A DNA stretch of 64,000 nt. Origin: Thermoplasmata archaeon (GTDB taxonomy: Archaea; Thermoplasmatota; Thermoplasmata; RBG-16-68-12). Below are positions 18,807 through 28,044 of the stretch, one piece after another. The stretch's first letter is position 1. Every line of letters begins with the position of its first letter. The stretch is from assembly GCA_035283985.1 (NCBI GenBank), contig DATESQ010000026.1:644-64643 (forward strand), read 5' to 3'. Made by a program: the position numbers and the translations under genes. Below the pieces are notes generated by a model. The model ran no database searches. It saw only the letters and a program-made list of their open reading frames with translations, and was not told the origin of the DNA.

Positions 18807-20381
18807 GTGGCGGATGTCAAGGAGTCTGAGCCGCCGCTTTATCTGCAGAAGGGCCGCTTGCCGGACGGAACGAGGGCGGTTATGACGGGGGGAGTGACGA
18901 AGCAACGTCTCGGCCTGTACCTGGGCCCCGCCCTCTTCGTCACCGCGGTGCTCATCCCGCCTCCCTCGTCGATGATCGACGCGGCCCGCGCCTCCGGGGC
19001 TCCGGACTGGGCCCCGCAGCTCGCGCTCGGGATGCTCGCGTGGATCCTCACGTGGTGGGTCACGGAATGCATGCCGCTGGGGCTGGCCGCTCTCGCAGTG
19101 CCCTTCGTGTTTTCTCTGTCGGGCGTTGTCCCGTGGAGAACGACGCTCACCGCCTTCGCGGACCCGATCATCTGGATCATCATGGCGGGGTTCGTCCTCG
19201 CGGCCTCGTTCCGGAAGTGGGAGTTCGATCGCCGGATCTCGATCCGGCTCGCGTCGCTGTACAAGGGGAAGAACCCGAAGGTCGCCGCGCTTTTCGTCGC
19301 TGCGCTCCCCGTGTTCTTCCTCACCGTTACGGGGTCGATCACTGCGTCCACGACGGTCGTGTTCCCGTTCCTTGTCGCGTACCTCGCGATGGTCGGAATT
19401 GGCGCGGGCTCGCGCTATTCCGAGGGGAGCATGCTCCTCCTCGCGCAAGCCGCCACCGCCGGCGCGATGCTCCTCCTGATCAGCACCCCCGCGAACCTCA
19501 TCGCGAAAGGGACGATCCGGAGCTTCCTCCCTGGGGAGGACCTCACGTTCGCCGACTGGTTCGTCGTCGGCGCCCCCCACGCGTTCATCGGGCTCTTCAT
19601 CGCGTGGATCGTGACGTTCGCCATTATCAAGCCGGAAATGAAGACGCTGGACGTGGACCATGGGAAGCTCGCGAAGGCGCGGCGGGAGTTGGGCCCGATG
19701 TCCCGCGGCGAGAAGGTCGTGCTCACGATCCTCCTCGTCGCGATCACGCTTTGGATGCTCCCGGCGATCGTAAGCATTATCGCGGAGTCGGTCCCGTCGC
19801 TCCAAGCAGCAAGCCGCCAGGTTAGCACCATGATGCCGGAATCGATGCCCGCCGTCCTCGTAATCCTGGCCGCCGGCATCGTGCAGGTGAAAGGCGAGCC
19901 CATCCTCCGATGGAAGGAGATCGTCGAGGGGATCGACTGGAACATCGTGTTCCTCCTCGGCGGGGGCCTCGCCCTCGGCCTCGGCCTGGAGGCGAGCGGG
20001 TTCGCGCGATGGCTTGCGGGGGCGTGTTGCGCGCTCCTCGGGAACAGCGCAAACGCATGGTCGATCTTCGCCGTCAGCGCGCTCCTCGGGTTCGCGCTCT
20101 CGTACGCGGCGTCGAACACCGCCGCCGCGGTCGTCTCAACCCCGCTCGCGGCGACCTTGGCGATTGGGGCGGGCGTGAACCCGATCGGGCCGATCATCGC
20201 GGCCGCGCTGGCGTGCTCCATCGGGAGCGCGATCCCGTCCACGACACCGCCCATGGCGATCGTCTACAGCTCGGGCTATGTGAAGATCTGGAACATGTTC
20301 CGCGTCGGGATCGTCTCCGACTTCCTGCGCCTCGGGGTCCTGATCCTGATCGGGCCCTTCTTGACGGACCTCATCGCGTGA
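18807..20381 (+). CDS. DASS/SLC13-type (ArsB/NhaD superfamily) anion permease
   Basis: 524 aa, ~14 TM, duplicated halves with the re-entrant-loop motif STPAN (ISTPANLIAKG). Possible later start at 18882. Confidence 0.7.
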   Translation: MADVKESEPPLYLQKGRLPDGTRAVMTGGVTKQRLGLYLGPALFVTAVLIPPPSSMIDAARASGAPDWAPQLALGMLAWILTWWVTECMPLGLAALAVPFVFSLSGVVPWRTTLTAFADPIIWIIMAGFVLAASFRKWEFDRRISIRLASLYKGKNPKVAALFVAALPVFFLTVTGSITASTTVVFPFLVAYLAMVGIGAGSRYSEGSMLLLAQAATAGAMLLLISTPANLIAKGTIRSFLPGEDLTFADWFVVGAPHAFIGLFIAWIVTFAIIKPEMKTLDVDHGKLAKARRELGPMSRGEKVVLTILLVAITLWMLPAIVSIIAESVPSLQAASRQVSTMMPESMPAVLVILAAGIVQVKGEPILRWKEIVEGIDWNIVFLLGGGLALGLGLEASGFARWLAGACCALLGNSANAWSIFAVSALLGFALSYAASNTAAAVVSTPLAATLAIGAGVNPIGPIIAAALACSIGSAIPSTTPPMAIVYSSGYVKIWNMFRVGIVSDFLRLGVLILIGPFLTDLIA

Positions 20382-20473
20382 GGATCGACAAGAAGAAAAA
20401 GAGGAGGCGGGCCGGGGTGCTAAGCTCGGCCCTTGGGGATACTACCGCAGGACCAGAATATACGCGAATATAC

Positions 20474-20497
20474 GAATATGCGAAAGACCGCATATAC
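20474..20497. promoter_or_regulatory. imperfect palindrome GAATATGCG-n6-CGCATATAC overlapping a TATA-like box; candidate ArsR operator
   Basis: Inverted repeat 8/9 matching. Preceded by a tandem GAATATACG duplication at 20455-20473. Lies 23-46 nt upstream of the arsR ATG at 20520. Confidence 0.45.
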
Positions 20498-20519
20498 TGC
20501 CGCGCCGACATCGCTCATC

Positions 20520-20891
20520 ATGATGGCCCGCCAAGATTCGCTGTATGAGGTCAAGGCGCGCGTCGTCGGGGCGATCGCGAACCCGAAGCGGCTCGAGATC
20601 CTCGATCTTCTCGCGGACGGCGAACGAACCGTCTCCGAGCTCTCCGTGCTGCTCGAACTCGCGCAGGCCACGACGTCCCAGCACCTCTCCGTGATGCGTA
20701 GAGCCGGAGTCGTGTCCGCCCGGCGGCAGGGGAACTTCGTGATCTATCGGGTTTCGGACCCGCGGATCTCGACCGCGTGTCGCGCGATGAGCGATGCTGT
20801 CGTGTCGATCCTCACGACGGAACAGGAGCGTCTCCGACCGGCCCTCGGACTTCCGAATCGGCATCGGTCCGCGACCGAGGTGAGGACATGA
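20520..20891 (+). CDS. ArsR/SmtB-family transcriptional regulator
   Basis: wHTH: ..NPKRLEILDLLADGERTVSELSVLLELAQATTSQHLSVMRRAGVV.. Alternative start at 20478. Its stop overlaps the downstream transporter start (ATGA). Confidence 0.7.
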   Translation: MMARQDSLYEVKARVVGAIANPKRLEILDLLADGERTVSELSVLLELAQATTSQHLSVMRRAGVVSARRQGNFVIYRVSDPRISTACRAMSDAVVSILTTEQERLRPALGLPNRHRSATEVRT

Positions 20892-21844
20892 ACGGAATCG
20901 GGAGCAAAGTCGGCCTCGGAATTCTCCTTGTCCTTTTCACTGCGCTCATCAGCGGCGTCTCGACGTTCGTAAACTTCTGGGCGGTCCAGGGCGCGAACTC
21001 GGATGCCTTCATCACGGCGAGGAACCTCCTCGTTGCGGGCCTCCTTGTCCCATTGTTCTTCCTCGCGCGGTCCTCCGTGCGGAGCCGCCTCGGCCGCGAC
21101 GACTGGCTTCGCCTCATCGTGATCGGTCTCATCGGCGGCGCGATTCCGTTCCTCCTGTTCTTCCGAGGCCTCCAGATGGCGGGAGCCGCCGGCGCGCCAA
21201 CGGCGACGTTCGGGTACCGCATGCTGTTCCTCCTCGCGACCGTGATGGCCGTCGTGTTCCTGAAGGAGCGGTTCTCGTGGCGGGTCGGGATCGCCGCCGG
21301 TCTCATCCTCGGAGGCAACGCGCTCCTCCTGTCCCTGACCGCGACCGTGTGGGCGGACGGCACGTTGTTCGTCCTCGCCGCGACAGTCCTCTGGGCATCG
21401 GAATATACCCTCTCGAAACGCACCCTCTCGGGCCTGCCGTCCACAACCGTCGCCCTCGCGCGAATGGGATTCGGCGGTCTCTTTCTGTTCGGCTACCTCG
21501 TCGTGTCCGGCCAGCTCGCGGCGGTCTCCGCGCTAACCGCGGCTCAGCTCCAGTGGATCGGGATCAGCGCTCTGCTTCTCGTCGCGTTCGTGATGACCTG
21601 GTATGCGGGACTCCGTCACGTGGACGTCTCCGTGGCGACGTCCGTCCTCGTCCTCGGGTTCCCGATCACACTCGTCCTCGATGTCCTCGCGAGCCGGAAG
21701 CCTCTCTCGCTCCCGCAGGCGGCGGGCGTCGTCGTCATCGCGTTCGGCGTGGTCCTCGTGGTTGGTCTCGCGTCGTTACGGGAGACGTGGGTCTACCTTG
21801 ACCGCGTTGTCCGAGCGCGCCTGGGGAGTCTGTCATGGAAATGA
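20888..21844 (+). CDS. EamA/DMT-superfamily transporter
   Basis: 318 aa, 10 TM in two EamA repeats. Starts MNGIGSKVGLGILLV.. The track ORF from 20777 is over-extended. Confidence 0.75.
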   Translation: MNGIGSKVGLGILLVLFTALISGVSTFVNFWAVQGANSDAFITARNLLVAGLLVPLFFLARSSVRSRLGRDDWLRLIVIGLIGGAIPFLLFFRGLQMAGAAGAPTATFGYRMLFLLATVMAVVFLKERFSWRVGIAAGLILGGNALLLSLTATVWADGTLFVLAATVLWASEYTLSKRTLSGLPSTTVALARMGFGGLFLFGYLVVSGQLAAVSALTAAQLQWIGISALLLVAFVMTWYAGLRHVDVSVATSVLVLGFPITLVLDVLASRKPLSLPQAAGVVVIAFGVVLVVGLASLRETWVYLDRVVRARLGSLSWK

Positions 21845-22575
21845 ACGGGGTCCAGCTCTGCGCGCGGTTCAGCCTCGCGACGAACCGCCTCCGCTACTGC
21901 GGCCCTGAGGATGCGGACTCCATCCTGTACCAGACGGTCGTGAAGGCGACCGACACCGGGGCCGCCCGAACGGCCCTAGAGAAATTCGAGGCGCTTCTCC
22001 CTTATCTCGAAGCGATCGCGAGGAAGCACGGTTTGGATCCGTTTGACCGGGACGTCGTCGAGGCGTACTGGGTTGGAAACGAGCTCCTCGAAGGCTTCAC
22101 GAAGGACGAATTCCGGGCGATCCTCGGGCAGTTCACGGACCGGGGCCTTCCGAGGTCCGTCGCGGAGCGGCTCGGCGGGAGCCTCCCGCCGCGACCGATC
22201 CCGCACCACGCGTTCCACGTGACGTTCGTCGGGGTCGGCGCCGTGTCGGGGAAGGTGTCGACGACGATCGACAACATGGAGAGGTGCCGGCCGTCGTGCG
22301 GCCGTGTCGTCGAGGTCTCCGGTACGGATGTGACCCTGGAGAAGCCGTCCCTCGCGCTCGCTGACGGGCGCCTCGTGATCGGCCCGCCCCAGCTCCACCG
22401 CACGACGATCGACCCGAACGTGATCCCTGAGGTCTGCGCCGGCGACACCCTTGCACTCCACTGGGGATGGCCCGCCCTCCTCCTCGACTCGACGCAGCGG
22501 TCGAACCTTGAGAAGTACACGTACCGCGCGCTCGAGGCCGCGAACTCCACGTTCCGGATGCTACGGCTCCTCTAG
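21835..22575 (+). CDS. hypothetical protein co-transcribed with arsR and the DMT transporter
   Basis: 246 aa soluble protein, no family recognised. 10-nt overlap with the transporter gene. Confidence 0.5.
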   Translation: MEMNGVQLCARFSLATNRLRYCGPEDADSILYQTVVKATDTGAARTALEKFEALLPYLEAIARKHGLDPFDRDVVEAYWVGNELLEGFTKDEFRAILGQFTDRGLPRSVAERLGGSLPPRPIPHHAFHVTFVGVGAVSGKVSTTIDNMERCRPSCGRVVEVSGTDVTLEKPSLALADGRLVIGPPQLHRTTIDPNVIPEVCAGDTLALHWGWPALLLDSTQRSNLEKYTYRALEAANSTFRMLRLL

Positions 22576-22935
22576 GCGCATGACCGCGCTGCGGATCACG
22601 AAGCCTCGGCCGTCCTCGATCGTCACGCCGGACCCACACGCATCGCACGTGAGCGGCGTCATGAAATGGGTTCGACCCGAGGGCGGGCGAACCTCAACGA
22701 CGCGTCCACACGCCCCGCACGCGGCGTTCGCCGGGACCGTCTTAATTCGGAGCCGGGCTCCATGGAGTATTGTCCCGGCGGCCTCGACTTCGAACGCCCG
22801 CCGGAGATCGATTTCCCTCAGTCCTTCAAGCTCGCCGACCTCGAGGTCGATGAACCGCACGCCGACCGCATTCTGCCGCTTCACCTCATTGAGGACGGCG
22901 CGTACGACATCCTGTGCAATCACCAGCTCATGCAT
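22561..22935 (-). CDS. hypA: [NiFe]-hydrogenase nickel-insertion protein HypA
   Basis: 124 aa. MHELVIAQDVV start (MHE His2 is the Ni ligand) and a zinc site CGACG..CDAC. Confidence 0.8.
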   Translation of the reverse strand: MHELVIAQDVVRAVLNEVKRQNAVGVRFIDLEVGELEGLREIDLRRAFEVEAAGTILHGARLRIKTVPANAACGACGRVVEVRPPSGRTHFMTPLTCDACGSGVTIEDGRGFVIRSAVMRLEEP

Positions 22936-23149
22936 CGTCCGCGGCCTCCACTTCGGCCCAGGCCTGTTCGATTTCCTCTGCTTCTCGCGCGCCGAGGGTG
23001 ATCATCGCAACCCCGCCCTGCACAAGCACGTAGTCTCCGGGCTTCGCGGACACCTGGCTCGTGTCGACCTCGCGCGTCCAGCCCCGGAAAGTAACGAGAG
23101 ATCGAGCCCCTCGGCGCTCCAGCACGCGGGCCGGCACGGTCAGGCACAT
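22928..23149 (-). CDS. hypC: [NiFe]-hydrogenase maturation chaperone HypC/HupF
   Basis: 73 aa starting MCLTVPARV (Cys2 essential). 8-nt overlap with hypA. The track ORF is over-extended upstream. Confidence 0.75.
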   Translation of the reverse strand: MCLTVPARVLERRGARSLVTFRGWTREVDTSQVSAKPGDYVLVQGGVAMITLGAREAEEIEQAWAEVEAADDA

Positions 23150-23270
23150 TCCTACGGCCTCGCCAAACGTACGGACGCCATTATGCAAGAGCCCGCGATA
23201 TGGGCAATATATACTCTCGGGTGGCGAGGTTGAATCTTGCGGAGGTTGTGGAAACCGCTGAGGCGGTTGC

Positions 23271-23837
23271 GTGCTCGAGGTCCGATTCCACGGCCGCGGC
23301 GGCCAAGGGAGCGTGATCGCTTCCGAGCTGCTTGCGCAGGCGGCCTTTCTCGAGGGGATGTACCCGCAGAGCTTCCCGTTCTTCGGCGTCGAACGCCGCG
23401 GGGCGCCCGTGACCGCGTACTCTCGGATTGACAGCCGGCCGATCTCCGTCCGAACCAGCATCACGACCCCGGACATCGTGGTCGTCCTTGACTCGAGCCT
23501 GTTGAGGACAGTGACGGTCACGTCGGGGCTGAAACCGCACGGCCTGCTCCTCCTGAATTCGGAGGGGTTCCCCGATCAGACCCGCGTCGGTTTCTCCGGC
23601 CGCATCGCGACCGTCGACGCAACCGGGATCGCGCTCGCGCACGGGCTCGGCTCCAAATCCGTCCCGATCGTGAACACGGCCATCCTGGGCGCGTTCGCGA
23701 GAGTCAGCGGCGTCGTGACCCTCGAGTCCGTCCTGAAAGCGATCGAGAAGGGCGTGCCCGCGAAGCCGGACGCAAACCGGGAGGCGGCCGCCGAGGCGTT
23801 CGAGCAAGTCCGGGTCCTCGAGGCGGTGGTCGCGTGA
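23271..23837 (+). CDS. porC: pyruvate:ferredoxin oxidoreductase gamma subunit
   Basis: 188 aa, MLEVRFHGRGGQGSVIASELLA.. typical PorG N-terminus. Confidence 0.85.
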   Translation: MLEVRFHGRGGQGSVIASELLAQAAFLEGMYPQSFPFFGVERRGAPVTAYSRIDSRPISVRTSITTPDIVVVLDSSLLRTVTVTSGLKPHGLLLLNSEGFPDQTRVGFSGRIATVDATGIALAHGLGSKSVPIVNTAILGAFARVSGVVTLESVLKAIEKGVPAKPDANREAAAEAFEQVRVLEAVVA

Positions 23838-24112
23838 CCTCGTATGAAACGGAAGAGGACCTTCCGGACGCCCCGATCGCCTCCGAGCCGACCGATTCGA
23901 TCAAAACGGCGAGCTGGCGCACGTTCCGGCCCGTGATCAAGCTCGAGAAGTGCACGAAGTGCAATGTCTGCTGGAAGTTCTGCCCGGACGTCGCGATCGA
24001 GATCAACGAGGAGGGCTGGCCCGTGGTCCTCCTGGACTACTGCAAGGGCTGTGGGATCTGCGCGGAGGAGTGCAAGCCCCTTGCGATCGAGATGGTGAAG
24101 GAGGAGGGCTGA
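23834..24112 (+). CDS. porD: pyruvate:ferredoxin oxidoreductase delta subunit (2x[4Fe-4S])
   Basis: 92 aa, CTKCNVCWKFCP and CKGCGICAEECKP ferredoxin motifs. Confidence 0.85.
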   Translation: MTSYETEEDLPDAPIASEPTDSIKTASWRTFRPVIKLEKCTKCNVCWKFCPDVAIEINEEGWPVVLLDYCKGCGICAEECKPLAIEMVKEEG

Positions 24113-24114
24113 CC

Positions 24115-25299
24115 GTGGTCCAGGTCGTGATGTCCGGGAACCACGCGTCCTCCTACGCCGCGAAGCTTGCGCGGGTACAGGTCATCGCCGCGTACCCGAT
24201 CACGCCACAGACGACGATCGTGGAAAAGCTCGCAACGTTCGTCGCGTCCGGCGAACTCCCAGCGCAGTACATCAAGGTCGAGTCCGAGCACAGCGCGCTC
24301 CAGGCGTGCATCGGCGCGGCCGCGCTCGGCGCCCGCACGTTCACAGCGACATCGAGCCAAGGCCTCCTCCTCATGCACGAGCTCCTCCACTGGGCCTCGG
24401 GCGCGCGGGCGCCAATCGTGATGGGGGTTGTGAACCGCGCCGTCGCGCCGCCATGGTCTCTCGGCACGGACCACACAGACACGATGTCGCAGCGGGACAC
24501 GGGATGGATCCAGTTCTACGCGGAGAGCAACCAGGAAGTCCTTGACACGACGCTAATCGCGTACCGCCTCGCGGAGGACCCGGACGTACGTCTCCCCGTG
24601 ATGGTCGCGGAGGACGCGTTCTACCTGTCCCACACCGTCGAGCCTGTCGACGTACCGTCGCAGGACGATGTCGACCGGTTCCTCCCGCCCCTCGCCCGCG
24701 CGTTTGCGGTCCGACCCGGGGAGACGCAGCGGTACGGGTCCTTCGTAGGTCCAGAGCTCTACATGGAGTTCCGGTACCAGGTCGCGAAGGCGATGAAGCG
24801 CGCCGCACACGTCCGCCCACAGGTCGAGGAAGAGTACCGCCGGATCACGGGCCGCCACCATGGCGGGTCCCTCGCGGCGTACAGGGTGGACGACGCGGAC
24901 GCCGTGCTTATCACGATGGGGACCGCTTCCACGACGGCCCGGTCCGTCGTCGACACGCTCCGCGCCCGAGGGAAGAAGATCGGTCTCGCGAAGCTGCGCC
25001 TCTTCCGCCCGTTCCCGGTCGACAAGGTGTGCGAGCTCGCGGCCACGGTCGGGCGGATCGGCGTGATGGATCGATGCTACACGTACGGCGCCGCGGGTCC
25101 CGCGTACGCGGAGGTCGTCGCCGCGCTCTTCGGCGGCCTTCACCGGCCGATCGTCCGGAACTTCATTGCGGGCCTGGGCGGGCGCGACGTGACACCGGAG
25201 GCGATCGAGGAGATGTACGAATCCTTGCTCAAAGACCGCGGCCCCGAGGTCGAGTGGGTCGGTCTCAAGCGCCGCAAGGGGGTGACGACCCATGGCTAG
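24115..25299 (+). CDS. porA: pyruvate:ferredoxin oxidoreductase alpha subunit
   Basis: About 394 aa, GTG start at 24115 (ATG alternative 24130): ..SGNHASSYAAKLARVQVIAAYPITPQT.. Confidence 0.85.
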   Translation: MVQVVMSGNHASSYAAKLARVQVIAAYPITPQTTIVEKLATFVASGELPAQYIKVESEHSALQACIGAAALGARTFTATSSQGLLLMHELLHWASGARAPIVMGVVNRAVAPPWSLGTDHTDTMSQRDTGWIQFYAESNQEVLDTTLIAYRLAEDPDVRLPVMVAEDAFYLSHTVEPVDVPSQDDVDRFLPPLARAFAVRPGETQRYGSFVGPELYMEFRYQVAKAMKRAAHVRPQVEEEYRRITGRHHGGSLAAYRVDDADAVLITMGTASTTARSVVDTLRARGKKIGLAKLRLFRPFPVDKVCELAATVGRIGVMDRCYTYGAAGPAYAEVVAALFGGLHRPIVRNFIAGLGGRDVTPEAIEEMYESLLKDRGPEVEWVGLKRRKGVTTHG

Positions 25300-26182
25300 G
25301 CTTACGATCCCCGCCGAAGAGCTTATGAGGCCCGGGCACTCCGCGTGCCCCGGTTGCGGGGCGACCCTCGTGATGCGGTACCTCTTGAAGGGGCTCGGTC
25401 CGAACACGATCGTGACGGTCCCCGCATGCTGCTGGACCGTGATCGGGACCTCATTCCCGACGACCGCGCTCTCCGTTCCGATGATCGACTGCGCGTTCGA
25501 GGCGACCGGGGCCTCCGTGTCCGGACTTCGTGCGGCCGCGGACGCGCTCGGCCTGACGGACGTCACAATCGTCGGATTCGCGGGCGATGGCGGGACCGCA
25601 GACATCGGCCTCCAGGCGCTGAGCGGGATGCTCGAACGCCGGACGGATGCGATTTACTTGATGTACGACAACGAGGCGTACATGAACACGGGAAATCAGC
25701 GCAGCGGGTCCACACCCCTCGGGGCGTGGACGACGACAACACCCGTCGACGCGGGATCCCGCGGCAAGCTCGAATCGAAGAAGGACATGATGGCGATCGT
25801 CGCGGCCCACCGCCCCGCGTACGCGGCGACGGTGAACATCGCCTTCCCCGAGGACTTCGTGAGGAAGGTAGAGAAGGCGAAGAGGATCACGGGGTCTCGG
25901 TTCTTCCACGCGCTCGCCCCTTGCCCGCCAGGATGGCGGTACAGCGCGGAGAAGACGATCGCGCTCGGCCGCCTCGCGACGGACGTGAACGTGTTCCCAC
26001 TGTACGAGGTCGTGGATGGGCGGTACCGGATCACGCGGAAGCTCGGCCGGGTGAAGTCCGTCGCCGAGTACCTGAAGGCCCAGGGACGGTTCTCGCACCT
26101 CACCGAGAACGAGATCGCGGCAATCCAGTCCGAGGTCGACGCGAAATGGAAGCGGCTCCTCGAGCTCGAGGCGCTCGGGTAG
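25292..26182 (+). CDS. porB: pyruvate:ferredoxin oxidoreductase beta subunit (TPP-binding)
   Basis: 296 aa, ..GHSACPGCG.. and GDGGTADIG TPP motif. Confidence 0.85.
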   Translation: MARLTIPAEELMRPGHSACPGCGATLVMRYLLKGLGPNTIVTVPACCWTVIGTSFPTTALSVPMIDCAFEATGASVSGLRAAADALGLTDVTIVGFAGDGGTADIGLQALSGMLERRTDAIYLMYDNEAYMNTGNQRSGSTPLGAWTTTTPVDAGSRGKLESKKDMMAIVAAHRPAYAATVNIAFPEDFVRKVEKAKRITGSRFFHALAPCPPGWRYSAEKTIALGRLATDVNVFPLYEVVDGRYRITRKLGRVKSVAEYLKAQGRFSHLTENEIAAIQSEVDAKWKRLLELEALG

Positions 26183-26717
26183 GCCATCGCCCGCCGCTCG
26201 GAAGCGGGTTCACGGGCGGAACCCGCCGCGCGAGGATCCGATGCAGCACGGTGACGACGTGGGTCAGGCCCGCCTCCTCGGCCGGCGAGGGATCGCGGCT
26301 TCGGGACCGAAGGTCCGGTTGCAGGCCCACGAGAATCACGCGGGTCCGCACGGTCTTCCGGAGGAATTCCATCACGACGCTGAGAGGCAGCGCGTGGGTC
26401 GATAGCCGGGAGCCCTGAATGTTCGCCGCGCCGATGACTAAGACGGTGCCGGGACGGAGGCCCATGTCCGCGGCATCGAGGAGGAGCACGGCGTCGGGCC
26501 TCGTGCGGCGCACGGGGCCCGTGAATGACTCTGGCAGTGTGCCCGCGAGGAACACACGGACGCCTGGGAAGCCTAGGGCCTCAATCTCCCGCGCCGCGAG
26601 GACGCCGAGCCGGTCGACGGGGTTCAGCTCGTCTCCAATCCCGATGATCGCAATCCGATACGCGTCGCGCAGCCGAGTGCCAAGCTCGCGCTCTAAGGGT
26701 CCCACGACGCGGGTCAT
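26100..26717 (-). CDS. hycI: hydrogenase maturation endopeptidase (HycI/HybD family); 3' boundary uncertain
   Basis: MTRVVGPLERELGTRLRDAYRIAIIGIGDELNPVDRLG..VLLLDAADMG..: the D..D..H metal-site pattern of HycI. The ORF runs 83 nt into the convergent porB end; the real stop may lie elsewhere if there is a sequence error. Confidence 0.6.
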   Translation of the reverse strand: MTRVVGPLERELGTRLRDAYRIAIIGIGDELNPVDRLGVLAAREIEALGFPGVRVFLAGTLPESFTGPVRRTRPDAVLLLDAADMGLRPGTVLVIGAANIQGSRLSTHALPLSVVMEFLRKTVRTRVILVGLQPDLRSRSRDPSPAEEAGLTHVVTVLHRILARRVPPVNPLPSGGRWPTRAPRARGAASISRRPRTGLPRSRSR

Positions 26718-27088
26718 TTCACGACGACCTCCTTGTCCGTCCCCGACCCCGCGAACTCCTCCGTGAGGTAGATCGCCTTGGGGTCCGTCGGGCAGTACTC
26801 CTCGCACAAGCCGCAGCGGATGCACGCGTACAGCTGCACCTCGGGCTTCTTTTTTCGAGTGATCGTGCGGCCCTTCGTCTCGACCTCGCGCTCGCTCGGG
26901 ACCATCGTGATGCACCACGTCGGGCACACGATCGCGCATATCGAGCACCCGATGCACAGCTCGTCGCGGACGGCGATCCGCCCCCGGAAACCCTCGGGCA
27001 CAGGGACCTTCTGGGCCGGGTACCGGATCGTGGCGGGTTTCGACAGGAGGTTCCGGACGAGCTCCTGGACCACGCGCCCACGCTTCAT
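26714..27088 (-). CDS. membrane-bound hydrogenase 2x[4Fe-4S] ferredoxin subunit (NuoI/MbhN/EchF-like)
   Basis: 124 aa from MKRGRVVQELVRN.., with CIGCSICAIVCP and CIRCGLCEEYCP. Confidence 0.75.
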   Translation of the reverse strand: MKRGRVVQELVRNLLSKPATIRYPAQKVPVPEGFRGRIAVRDELCIGCSICAIVCPTWCITMVPSEREVETKGRTITRKKKPEVQLYACIRCGLCEEYCPTDPKAIYLTEEFAGSGTDKEVVVK

Positions 27089-28044
27089 CCCGCCACCACC
27101 TGTGGGAGGAGGAGCACGAGGAACATCTGGAGGAGCGCGGCCCCCGCCATGTACGTCCATCCGAACCGGTTCAGCTGGTCGATCCGGATCCGGCCCATCG
27201 CGGCCCGGATCGCCGTCAGGAGAAAGAGGATCGCGAGGGTCTTCGCGAGAAACATCCCGAACCCGATTGCGGCGCCGACGAAGTCCGTGCCCGCTACGGA
27301 GGGGCCGCCAAGGAAGAGCGCCGCCACGAGGGACGCTCCGACGACGAGGGCCATGTCAATCGAGAGTCGCATCACCGCGAGCTTGGGGCCCGTGAGCTCC
27401 GTCCACGGCCCCGCCACGATCTCCGTCTCCGCCTCCGGGATGTCGAACGGCGTCCGCTCGAGCTTCGCTTGGAGGCCGATGAGGGCCACCACGAAGCCGA
27501 TCGGTTGGAACACAATCGACCATAGGTTCGCGCGTTGCCACTCGACGATCCCGCTGATCGACCACACCCCCGCCGCGATTGCGGGCCCTAGGAGGGCCAA
27601 GAAAAATGGAACCTCGTAGATGAACAGCTGGGTGGCCGCGCGGACCCCGCCGATCGTGCCGAATATGTTCCGGCTGAGCCACCCGAGGAGGAAGAGAAGG
27701 ATCGTCGGGAGCGTGAGGAGGTACAGCACGACGATGAGGTCCCCCTGGAACGCGAAGGGACTCGGCCCGAGGACGGGGACGTACAGGAAGGCGGTCGCGA
27801 CGGCCGCGAACGCGAGGAGCGGAATCACGCGCATCGCCCGGTGGTCCACATTCTCCGGCGTGATGTCCTCCTTCGATAGGAGCTTCACGAGGTCCGCGAA
27901 GGGCTGCCACCAGGGCGGCCCGACGCGATTCTGCAGCCTCGCGGTAACCTTTCGGTCCACAAACTGCAGGAAGAGCGCGTACGCGAAGAGGAAGAGGAGC
28001 CCGGGGAAGACGAGCGCGTACACGACGGCAACGAGGGGGTCCAT
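27085..28044 (-). CDS. membrane-bound hydrogenase NuoH-like membrane subunit (MbhM/EchB/HyfC-like)
   Basis: 319 aa, 8 TM. ..RKVTARLQNRVGPP.. matches the NuoH/HycD N-terminal signature. Confidence 0.8.
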   Translation of the reverse strand: MDPLVAVVYALVFPGLLFLFAYALFLQFVDRKVTARLQNRVGPPWWQPFADLVKLLSKEDITPENVDHRAMRVIPLLAFAAVATAFLYVPVLGPSPFAFQGDLIVVLYLLTLPTILLFLLGWLSRNIFGTIGGVRAATQLFIYEVPFFLALLGPAIAAGVWSISGIVEWQRANLWSIVFQPIGFVVALIGLQAKLERTPFDIPEAETEIVAGPWTELTGPKLAVMRLSIDMALVVGASLVAALFLGGPSVAGTDFVGAAIGFGMFLAKTLAILFLLTAIRAAMGRIRIDQLNRFGWTYMAGAALLQMFLVLLLPQVVAG

